A stretch of 64,000 bases of DNA from Abditibacterium sp. (GTDB taxonomy: Bacteria; Armatimonadota; Abditibacteriia; Abditibacteriales; Abditibacteriaceae). The stretch covers positions 3,104,001 through 3,168,000 of the forward strand of contig OZ251992.1 of assembly GCA_965246885.1 (NCBI GenBank), given 5' to 3'. The notes under the pieces are model-generated. The model was not told the DNA's origin, did no database searches, and was given only the letters and a program-made list of their open reading frames with translations. Positions 18,697-26,560 of this stretch are shown here, one piece after another; within the stretch, counting starts at the first letter, position 1; each line of letters opens with the position of its first letter. The position numbers and the translations under genes are program-made.

Positions 18697-19665
18697 GTGA
18701 GCGTGTCCGCCGCCCTCAAAACCGAATTAAAAGCCCACGCCCACGCGTTGGGTTTTGTGGCGTGCGGGGTGGCAAGCGCCGGGCCAGCGCATACCACCTC
18801 GCGGTTAGAAGCATGGTTGGACAACCATTTTGAAGCGAGTATGGTGTGGATGCGGCGCCCCGACGCGGTTTCCAAGCGTGCCGACATTGAGCAACTGTTC
18901 CCCGGCGTCCGCTCGGTCGTGTCGCTGGCGTTTCCCTACGCGACCGACGAACCTTTCGACACCGCCAAGATGGGCGGCATCGCCCGTTACGCGCGCGGCG
19001 TCGACTACCACGACTTCTTGCCCACCCGCATCGGCGAACTGCTCGCGTGGCTCCAAGCGCGCGCACCATGTGAGGGCAAAGTCTGCGTGGACACTGCGCC
19101 CGTTCTGGAGCGTGAGTGGGCGACCCACGCGGGGCTGGGTTGGATCGGCAAGAACACCCTGCTCATGGGCCGCGCTTTCGGCTCGTATGTTTTGCTCGGC
19201 GAACTGCTCCTCGACATCGAACTGCCGCCCGACGCGCCGCACATCGAAGAGTTTTGCGGCACCTGCACGCGCTGCATGGATGCCTGCCCGACCGACGCCC
19301 TCGTCGCGCCGCGCACCCTCGACGCGAATAAGTGCATCGCCTTTCATACCATCGAGAATCGGAGCATGGCACCCAAGAACCTGCGCGAGCGGTTCGGGGA
19401 TTGGGTGTTCGGCTGCGACATCTGCCAGCAGGTGTGCCCTTGGAACGAAAAAGCCGCCCGCGACGGGAAGGTCAGCGCCGAGCCAGAGTTGTGGACGCGC
19501 CCCGACCTGCCCGCCCTAACAGAGTGGGTGGCCATCCCGCAAGCGGAGTTCTCGCGCCGACTCAAGGGCAGCCCCCTTAAGCGCGCCAAGCGACGCGGCA
19601 TGAAGCGCAACGCCGCCCGCGCCCTCAAGAATCGCCGCCCCGCACCGCCCGCGCCGACGGAGTGA
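18697..19665 (+). CDS. queG: tRNA epoxyqueuosine(34) reductase
   Basis: IARYARGVDYH, VDTAPVLER, GLGWIGKN, CGTCTRCMDACPT, FGCDICQQVCPWN; GTG start inferred. Confidence 0.94.
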   Translation: MSVSAALKTELKAHAHALGFVACGVASAGPAHTTSRLEAWLDNHFEASMVWMRRPDAVSKRADIEQLFPGVRSVVSLAFPYATDEPFDTAKMGGIARYARGVDYHDFLPTRIGELLAWLQARAPCEGKVCVDTAPVLEREWATHAGLGWIGKNTLLMGRAFGSYVLLGELLLDIELPPDAPHIEEFCGTCTRCMDACPTDALVAPRTLDANKCIAFHTIENRSMAPKNLRERFGDWVFGCDICQQVCPWNEKAARDGKVSAEPELWTRPDLPALTEWVAIPQAEFSRRLKGSPLKRAKRRGMKRNAARALKNRRPAPPAPTE

Positions 19666-19666
19666 C

Positions 19667-19695
19667 TTGCGCACAGACGCGTGGGGCGGTAAAAT
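19667..19695 (+). promoter_or_regulatory. Sigma70-type promoter of tRNA-Leu
   Basis: TTGCGC-17 nt-TAAAAT, 23 nt upstream of the tRNA. Confidence 0.7.
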
Positions 19696-19718
19696 TCTCT
19701 TGCGCACTTCGCCCCCAT

Positions 19719-19800
19719 GCCTCTGTGGCGGAATTGGCAGACGCGCTGGACTCAAAATCCAGTTTCTTCGGAAGTGTCGGTTCGACCCCGACCGGAGGTA
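19719..19800 (+). tRNA. tRNA-Leu(CAA)
   Basis: Acceptor GCCTCTG/CGGAGGT+A, D-loop GGAATTGGCAGAC, anticodon arm CTGGA-CTCAAAA-TCCAG, long variable arm, GGTTCGACCCC; CCA not encoded. Confidence 0.96.
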
Positions 19801-19807
19801 TCGAAAC

Positions 19808-19840
19808 AGCCCGCTTTCTTCCGAAAGCGGGCTTTTCTGT
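19808..19840 (+). terminator. Intrinsic terminator after the tRNA
   Basis: AGCCCGCTTTC-ttcc-GAAAGCGGGCT followed by TTTCTGT. Confidence 0.8.
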
Positions 19841-19960
19841 TGGCAAAGTGACGACGGCCTTATCAGCGCCGGTGGTGCACTTCCCGTGCGAGCATCTCCA
19901 CTCTCGCTCCTTGCTCCGCCGCCTTGAGCTTGACGGCCACGCCCTCGACCACGCGGCCTA

Positions 19961-20239
19961 CACGATTAAAACTCGCATACATCGTGCGGCCATCGCCCAG
20001 TTCAATCACGGGTTCCAATAAGTTGAGGGAATAGCAAGTCGTTTCCATTGTTCCATCATCGCCCAGTTCAATCACGGGTTCCAATCCCTCAAAGCACGAT
20101 TAAAACGCGCGCCCACGACAGCATCCAACTGATGTTTTGCTGGTTCCAATCCCTCAAAGCACGATTAAAACGCCCGTCACCGTTTCCACCGTCGTGGGCG
20201 ACCCAGCATCCAACTATATCCTCAAAGCACGATTAAAAC
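19961..20239 (-). CRISPR. Short, rearranged CRISPR array with 29-bp repeat GTTTTAATCGTGCTTTGAGGGATTGGAAC
   Basis: Intact repeats at 20078-20106 and 20143-20171; partial repeats at 20220-20239, 20012-20019 and 19961-19972; spacers 36-39 nt; adjacent to cas2; 3' end ATTGGAAC resembles the I-B ATTGAAAC handle. Confidence 0.92.
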
Positions 20240-20367
20240 CACATTCAAGCCGCCGATTCTGCGTAATCATAAAACTTAAAGTCACTCAAAATCTCAAGGC
20301 GTGACATTCGTCGGGTTTGGATGGAGTGAAAACTTCGGGGAGTCGACGACCTCGGGAATTACTTTAC
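20240..20367 (-). promoter_or_regulatory. CRISPR leader
   Basis: AT-rich non-coding stretch between cas2 and the first repeat; GTCGTCGAC...CCGACGA motif pair as seen in I-B leaders. Confidence 0.7.
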
Positions 20368-20631
20368 CTAAATGATGTTACTGGTGCCAAGTTTTTCGAT
20401 ACCGATGACTTCGCGGCTCAGTTTGATACCGGTGGGAATGATGTAGAACAGGATGCTGTCGTGGTCTTCGTCCACGATTTGGCGGAGGTCGGCTTTGATT
20501 TGACGGAGTTTGGCGGCGGTGATTTCGCCTTCAAAGACGGAGTTTTGCACCCAGTTCAGCCATTGGCGCAGATATTTACAGACTTTGGCGACCCTCTTTT
20601 GCTCGATGTCGTAGACGATGATGACATACAT
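20368..20631 (-). CDS. cas2: CRISPR-associated Cas2
   Basis: MYVIIVYDI, RVAKVCKYLR, WVQNSVFEG, DSILFY. Confidence 0.96.
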   Translation of the reverse strand: MYVIIVYDIEQKRVAKVCKYLRQWLNWVQNSVFEGEITAAKLRQIKADLRQIVDEDHDSILFYIIPTGIKLSREVIGIEKLGTSNII

Positions 20632-20637
20632 AGGGGA

Positions 20638-21777
20638 TTACCACCAGCACCGGAACGGTTCGTAGAGCGCCATGCCGATCATGTGTTTTTGGAGTTTGTA
20701 GCACTCCAAGCGTACCAAATGACGGTAGGAGACACGGCGCCCCAGCGTGCGATGCTCGAAAGTATCGCGCAGACGCTCTTCCCACGCTTTGATGACCACT
20801 TCTCTGCCCGCCTTATTGAGGTGGCAGAAATTAAGCGCGTGGTCGAAGTGTTTGGGCGCGATTTCGCCGTTGTTGATGAGGCGAAAAATCAACCTGTCCA
20901 CGATGGCCGGTTTGAAGATTTCGGAGACGTCGAGCGCGAGCGAGAAGCGGCGGTGGCCCGGTTGATGCAAGACGGAAATCGTCGGATTGAGCGCGGTGCG
21001 GTAAATCTCGCTCAAGCAGAGCGTATAACACAGGCTGTTAACGAACGAAATTAGGGCGTTGACGGGGTTATCGGGTGGGCGTTTGACGCGCTTTTGGAAC
21101 TCGGCCCACGACTGGTTGAAGATGGCGGGCCACGCTTCGTAGTAGGTGGCGCGGAGGGTGCCCTCGATACCCATCACGCTGGGCACGTCGGGAGCGGCGG
21201 CGAGCAGGGCGCGATGCGACTCGATGGCTTTTATCCAATGGCTGAGGTCGCGGCCCCGGCTGGCGGCGTTATAGTAGCGCAGCGTTTTGAGGATGTTGAA
21301 GCTCGCCCCCTCGACCAATTGGCGGGCCAAGTCAACGCGCTTCTTTTCGTTGGCATACAGCAGCACTTGTTTGACTGTCGTGAAGCCCGACACGACTTCC
21401 TGACGCGGCCAGAAGCTGCCGGTATAAAAGCCGTAGTAGTTAAAGAAGTGGAGCGGGACGCGGTGTTTGCCCAAAAAGTTGAAAAAGCGCGAGTTGAAAT
21501 CGCACTCGCCGAAGAGGTAGATCGCCTCGACATCGTTGATGGCGATGGGCCGTTTGGCGAGCGTGGGGCGCGGAGTGTAAGGGCCATCGTCGAAGTCCAG
21601 CATGATTTGCGCGTCCTCGTCTTCCAAGTCTTCGAGCGGGCAACCACTTTCGGCGGCGGCATCTTCGAGGTCGGCGCCCGCCAGTTCTTCGCTGTCGTCG
21701 GCGAAGGGGCGTAGATACAGCGTGTTTTGATGGCGCTGCATCCGGCCCGCCGAAAAGATGTAGTAAGGGCGTTTCAT
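20638..21777 (-). CDS. cas1: CRISPR-associated Cas1 (type I-B)
   Basis: HFFNYYGFYTGSF, MGIEG, RPPDNPVNALISF, LHQP..RRFSLALDVSEIFKP, YKLQKH; ATG overlaps the cas4 stop. Confidence 0.96.
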   Translation of the reverse strand: MKRPYYIFSAGRMQRHQNTLYLRPFADDSEELAGADLEDAAAESGCPLEDLEDEDAQIMLDFDDGPYTPRPTLAKRPIAINDVEAIYLFGECDFNSRFFNFLGKHRVPLHFFNYYGFYTGSFWPRQEVVSGFTTVKQVLLYANEKKRVDLARQLVEGASFNILKTLRYYNAASRGRDLSHWIKAIESHRALLAAAPDVPSVMGIEGTLRATYYEAWPAIFNQSWAEFQKRVKRPPDNPVNALISFVNSLCYTLCLSEIYRTALNPTISVLHQPGHRRFSLALDVSEIFKPAIVDRLIFRLINNGEIAPKHFDHALNFCHLNKAGREVVIKAWEERLRDTFEHRTLGRRVSYRHLVRLECYKLQKHMIGMALYEPFRCWW

Positions 21778-22334
21778 GATTTGGGGTCGGCTTGGAGTTC
21801 GTCGCAGTAGCAAAAATCGCAATAGGCGCACTTCAGGCAAAACGCGACTTTTTTCGGGCTGATGGCATCGAGACGCGGCGGCACGTTGTCCGCCGCGACG
21901 ATGCGCGTGACATCAAGCCGCGCCTGAACAAGCAGCGCCTCGCCCGCCGCATCGAGTTCGACGCTTTCGCGTGCTTTGATTTCGGGATAGTCAATGAGAC
22001 CGCGCGCCACGACGCCCTTCGAGCGCAGGAAGTCGAGATAGAACAGCATTTGCAAGCGGTGCGCTTCGCTCATGGCCTTGGATTTTTTGATTTCGTGAAC
22101 CGTGACGACGCCATCAGCGCCGCTCTGGTGTTCGACCCAGTCCAATACGGCGGTGTCTTCGAGGTTGATCTCCTTCTCGTGCCGTCCATAAGCCTGCGCC
22201 CCAATCTGCTTGCCAATCTGCACATCCTCATTCTCGCGCTCCATCTGGATGCCATGCGAAAACAACCACAGCTTGCGGTGGCAAACCAGCAAGTAGTTCA
22301 ACTGAGTCCCGGTTAAACGAGGAGTTTCGAGCAT
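21774..22334 (-). CDS. cas4: CRISPR-associated Cas4
   Basis: CHRKLWLF, D..., EIKKS, HRLQMLFYL, CLKCAYCDFC Fe-S cluster cysteines. Confidence 0.95.
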   Translation of the reverse strand: MLETPRLTGTQLNYLLVCHRKLWLFSHGIQMERENEDVQIGKQIGAQAYGRHEKEINLEDTAVLDWVEHQSGADGVVTVHEIKKSKAMSEAHRLQMLFYLDFLRSKGVVARGLIDYPEIKARESVELDAAGEALLVQARLDVTRIVAADNVPPRLDAISPKKVAFCLKCAYCDFCYCDELQADPKS

Positions 22335-22367
22335 GGTGTTTTTTCCTCCGTAGAAGCTCCAGTTTCA

Positions 22368-24719
22368 TCAGAATCCGATGTTGCTGTCGTCGTGGATGTT
22401 GTGTGCTTCTTCGGGCAAGCTCCAAAAATCGAACCCACCGCCTCGCGCGTCATAAGGAACAACATGGCGGATCACAATGATTGGAAAGTCCACTTCTTTT
22501 TCTTCGCGCGCACTGACTTTGATTTTTACCGGAATTGTAGTTTGAAATTTGGCTTCTTTGGGAATGCGGTGGAAACGCGAGGCGCGCACCGCGACTTGCA
22601 ACTGCGACAGCGCCGCGCGAGTGTCAGGCAAATTAGTATCGTAGTAGCATTGCGGAACGACCAACACGACATTTGAATCAATGTCCCGAATAACCACTCC
22701 ATCGGGATTGTCCTCGCCGTTGAAGTTCTCTTGCGGGCGCCGCCCGAAAACAGTGTCGTTGAAGTGGGCGTTCTCAACGGTGCCACCTTGAATAGGCACT
22801 TCGTCTGTCAAAGCATCCTCGCACCACTTCAAGCCGTTCTTAAAACCCAAGTCGGTTGTCCAAGGAGCGAATGTCCAAGTGCGATTGAGAAGCGCGACGT
22901 TCTCGTAAGGTAACGCGCCGGGGATCAGTTCTGGCTTCTTCGGATGAGGATCCAAATCGAGCGGCGCGATTTGAAGTCGGAATTTGAACCCTGCGGGCAA
23001 ACGCTTTGTTCCCTCAATTTGAGTAGATGTCTCGCCGCGTCGGTGCAAGCGCCCGGCGCGCTGCACGAGCGTATCGGCGGGCGCGAGTTCGGTAATCATA
23101 CGCTCTGCGGAAATGTTGAGAGACAGTTCGGCGGCTTGCGTGGCTACTAAAACCATTGGCTCATCACGTTTGAACGCCGCCAAAAGTTCGTCCTCCAATT
23201 GGCGTCGGTCGCGCGGCGCAAGTTCGGAGTGATAGCACCAAACGGGCATATTCGGAAGCTCCTCGCTCGCTGCGCGGGCAAGGGCTTTAGCACGTTCGAT
23301 TTGGTTAACGTAAATAGCCAGTTTCAAACCTTCGGCATCACGCAAAGCCTCGCGCGCGCAAAGCGTCGAGTTGAGTCGGAAACCTCTACCTTCAGTAAGC
23401 GGCGCATCCAAGGCTTCGGCTTGAAATGGATAAAAAGGATTGTCGGCTTCGATAACGGTTTGCGGCGCGTCGAAGCCAAAAAAAACGCGTCGCGTCGAAG
23501 GTAAAGTAGCCGACATGAAGAGCGTTGGAATCGCGTAGCGATTCAAAACTTTCTGGCCCTCTCGAATGGCGTTTAAAGTCGTAGTGTCGTAGGCGTGAAC
23601 TTCATCGAAAACAACGAGCGAGGAAAGCAGATTCCCAAAGGCGCGGTCGGAAAACTTGTAGCCGTGATACAGGCTCATCAAGAGATGATCTACGGTGGAG
23701 ATGGTGATAGCGTGTTCGTAGCGCACGCTTTTCCCGGCCCGTTCTTCGGGAGATTCCGGAAAAGACGATTCGTCGTCGCTGTCTACTGCTTCGCGCAAAA
23801 CCATTAACGCTTCCGAGTGAACGAGGCCAACATCGCCTTGAGCGTAAGCGTATAAATCGGGATTGACCATATCGCGCAATAGCGAGTTCGAGGTGAAGCG
23901 CGTAGGTAGACACAACACGATACGATCTACCTGATTCTCGTTCGCTAAACGCGCGGCCCGTTCCAATGCCATCGCGGTTTTGCCTGCGCCGCACCCAGCG
24001 AGGGCGCACAAACTCTGCTCTAAATTGTTTCGGCTCTCGATTTGAAACGAAGTAAGGGAGCCGGGAACATGAGGAGGCGCCACAAGCGGCGGTTCGGGCG
24101 CATGAGCGCCCGACGCAAGATGATCGGACTCGACCAACAACGACAATAGCAGACAGTAAAGCCCACGAAACTTGGAGCCACGCGCCAGTTGCGGCGCGCG
24201 GCGCACTGACTCCTCTACAAAAGTGCAAATTTTCAAGGCTTGCATCGTTTGAGGTAGCTTCCCTAAATATGGGAACGGCAAAGGAATCTCGTTGGATAAT
24301 TCGCGCCAGCAATCGCCGACTGGAGAAACCACTTCGCGTGCATAGCGATTTGGCCCAAAAGACCCGGCGTGCAATTGACCGTGATGCGCCAAAACTGCAA
24401 GCGACGACGCCAGCAGGTGAGGTGATAAAGTCTCTGGGCCTTGTCCCCACACCCAACGACAGGCGAGAAAAGAACTCAGCGCGTGCTGCGGCAATTTCTG
24501 CGGCGAAAATAAACGAGCCTGCCACTCCGTTGTGGCTTTTCCGAAGTCATGCAACCACGCCGTTGATGCCATCAAATCGCGTGCCTCGCCTTCGCCCACT
24601 CCCAAACGAGTAAAAGCACTGAGGCGGGCGGGCGTTAAAAGTTGGTGTGCGGCGTTTCGCACATCGCTTAGATGGCCATGCAGAGATTGAGGCGGTTTGG
24701 ATTTGGCGTAGATGGTCAT
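22368..24719 (-). CDS. cas3: Cas3 HD nuclease-helicase
   Basis: H..., LHDFGKA, HHG, SDHLAS (HD domain); GCGAGKT, DEVH, SATLP, YHS, ATQ..E.SLNI, QRAGRLHR (SF2 helicase). Confidence 0.94.
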   Translation of the reverse strand: MTIYAKSKPPQSLHGHLSDVRNAAHQLLTPARLSAFTRLGVGEGEARDLMASTAWLHDFGKATTEWQARLFSPQKLPQHALSSFLACRWVWGQGPETLSPHLLASSLAVLAHHGQLHAGSFGPNRYAREVVSPVGDCWRELSNEIPLPFPYLGKLPQTMQALKICTFVEESVRRAPQLARGSKFRGLYCLLLSLLVESDHLASGAHAPEPPLVAPPHVPGSLTSFQIESRNNLEQSLCALAGCGAGKTAMALERAARLANENQVDRIVLCLPTRFTSNSLLRDMVNPDLYAYAQGDVGLVHSEALMVLREAVDSDDESSFPESPEERAGKSVRYEHAITISTVDHLLMSLYHGYKFSDRAFGNLLSSLVVFDEVHAYDTTTLNAIREGQKVLNRYAIPTLFMSATLPSTRRVFFGFDAPQTVIEADNPFYPFQAEALDAPLTEGRGFRLNSTLCAREALRDAEGLKLAIYVNQIERAKALARAASEELPNMPVWCYHSELAPRDRRQLEDELLAAFKRDEPMVLVATQAAELSLNISAERMITELAPADTLVQRAGRLHRRGETSTQIEGTKRLPAGFKFRLQIAPLDLDPHPKKPELIPGALPYENVALLNRTWTFAPWTTDLGFKNGLKWCEDALTDEVPIQGGTVENAHFNDTVFGRRPQENFNGEDNPDGVVIRDIDSNVVLVVPQCYYDTNLPDTRAALSQLQVAVRASRFHRIPKEAKFQTTIPVKIKVSAREEKEVDFPIIVIRHVVPYDARGGGFDFWSLPEEAHNIHDDSNIGF

Positions 24720-24772
24720 GAAATCAAATGGCGCGGGGGTTCAATTGAGTACACGCGCCACAAAATCGGATG

Positions 24773-25621
24773 TTAAAAGAGCGTGCCCTGCTCTCCATCG
24801 AAAGCGAGAGTTCCATCTTCGCTTGGCGAGGGGCGTCCTCGTCGAGTTGGAAATGGAACCGAAGGCGGCGCAACGCGCGGAAACTCCGGCTCGAAGCTCC
24901 AAACTTGGCCGAAGCACTTCCACAGTTCGCAGTTCGCTTGAATGGGATTGTCAACGCGCGGAACGGTGACGAGCCAGCGTTCTAACTCCCATTTTTTATT
25001 TTGGATCGAGAACTGGCGCGGCAAGCTCGCCAGAATGCCGCCACCCTGCACACCCGAAACGGCTCCACTGGCGAGTTCTTGCGTGGATTGCGGTGTTTCC
25101 TCGCCCAACACCTCCATGTCAATGCCGTCATCGCTTTCTCCTAAATAGAGCGGCCAAGCCGGAGTCTTGAAAGCGGCTTGCAAATCGCGCGAGACTTCGG
25201 GCGAACAAAGGACGCCGACGGTGTAAATAGGCTGGATTAACTTCTGCCGGATGATAGGTGTAGAAGTCCACAATGCGTCATCTGGCGGCAGTTCTCCACG
25301 CGCTCTAATCCTATCCAGAGCCGCGACCTTTTCCGCTTTTTTACTGGCAGGTGTTTTGGACAGCGTATCCTCCGATGCTTTTTTCCACGTCGAATAAGTT
25401 TCGACCAGTTCACCCGCACGCGTTACAGCGATGGCGAAGCGCACTTGAGCGCGCCGCGAAACATCGTCTTGCGCCATTCCAAGCGCCGCCGCGCACAAAC
25501 CGTAAAGAGTAGTCGGCGGCGGTAAAGGAAAAGTGCGGTGAACGTTCGAGGTGAGAGGGTCGCGGAACGAACACCAGAACGGCACATGGATTCGGAGTCC
25601 CAAGCAAACATCGTGTTCCAT
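24773..25621 (-). CDS. cas5: Cas5
   Basis: FWCSFRDP, TFPLPPPTTLYGLCAAALG, P.WPLYLGESDD. Confidence 0.92.
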   Translation of the reverse strand: MEHDVCLGLRIHVPFWCSFRDPLTSNVHRTFPLPPPTTLYGLCAAALGMAQDDVSRRAQVRFAIAVTRAGELVETYSTWKKASEDTLSKTPASKKAEKVAALDRIRARGELPPDDALWTSTPIIRQKLIQPIYTVGVLCSPEVSRDLQAAFKTPAWPLYLGESDDGIDMEVLGEETPQSTQELASGAVSGVQGGGILASLPRQFSIQNKKWELERWLVTVPRVDNPIQANCELWKCFGQVWSFEPEFPRVAPPSVPFPTRRGRPSPSEDGTLAFDGEQGTLF

Positions 25622-25633
25622 GAAAGGTTTGGG

Positions 25634-26554
25634 TTAAACAACCGCGTCGGCGACTTTTTGCAACGTAGCGACGGGGAAGCCGGTCACAATGCCCAACGTT
25701 TTGCACAAGTCGAGCAAAGCGGCATCGTTGGTGACGACATTTGGCGTGTGGCCCAGAAAAAGTTGCGCGCCGCTCAATTGTTTTAGGTCGTCCGCAACAG
25801 CTTCAAGAGTTCCCAAATCGGCGGCTCCGTTTTCATCGAGTTCGAGAACGCGCAAGCCGCGCTGGGTGTATTCGGGCAATACGGCGGCAAAAAACACGTC
25901 TGGCGAGAAAGACGTGGCATTGCGCGCTTGTTTGGCAAAATCGCCCATGCGGGGTAACGCCATTAAGATGGCTTTGATGCGTTTGAGGCGCTCAGCCTCG
26001 TCTATCTCATCCTTCCACTCGCGCTTGGTAATAGTCTTGGTCGCAGCGTTGCCTTCAATAACCAGCTTGCGTCCTACAGCATGGACGTCAATCGTCATCC
26101 CCGTGCGAAATACGTTTTCGGCGAGTTGAACGTAGGCCAAACGCTGGTCTTTGGTGGATTTCTCGTCACTCTTTTCCAAGTCACTCATGCGAAGCAGCAA
26201 GTCAGTGACGATCTCGCCGTCCAGCTGCGCGAGCGCGGGCGTGCATTTGATCGGCGACCAACGACGGTCGCTTCCCTCGCCTTTGCGCGGCGACAAGTAA
26301 CCGAAAAGGTCGCACAACCAATCCTCCTTGATGTCTCCGGTTGGCGCTTCAGGCGTGGATTTAAAGCAACTGGGGTTGCCACGTTCGATGGCTTCGCGTA
26401 AAGCGTGACGCACTGATTGCCCCGAAGCGTAGGGGCGCTTGCCGGAGCGATACATTTTTAGCTCCACGACGTTGCCACCACCGCCCTCGCCGGAGTTGAG
26501 GTTTGATAAATCGACTTTGGAAAGCCATGTGACTGTGACGCATTTGGTATTCAT
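25634..26554 (-). CDS. cas7: Cas7 (Cst2/DevR family)
   Basis: NLNSGEG, ASGQSVRHALRE, DLFGYL, RWSPIK. Confidence 0.9.
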   Translation of the reverse strand: MNTKCVTVTWLSKVDLSNLNSGEGGGGNVVELKMYRSGKRPYASGQSVRHALREAIERGNPSCFKSTPEAPTGDIKEDWLCDLFGYLSPRKGEGSDRRWSPIKCTPALAQLDGEIVTDLLLRMSDLEKSDEKSTKDQRLAYVQLAENVFRTGMTIDVHAVGRKLVIEGNAATKTITKREWKDEIDEAERLKRIKAILMALPRMGDFAKQARNATSFSPDVFFAAVLPEYTQRGLRVLELDENGAADLGTLEAVADDLKQLSGAQLFLGHTPNVVTNDAALLDLCKTLGIVTGFPVATLQKVADAVV

Positions 26555-26560
26555 GGGAAT

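Noticed and set aside
19863..20084. 73-aa minus-strand ORF with repeated EPVIELGD
   Set aside because: It runs through the CRISPR array; the peptide repeat only reflects the 29-nt DNA duplication
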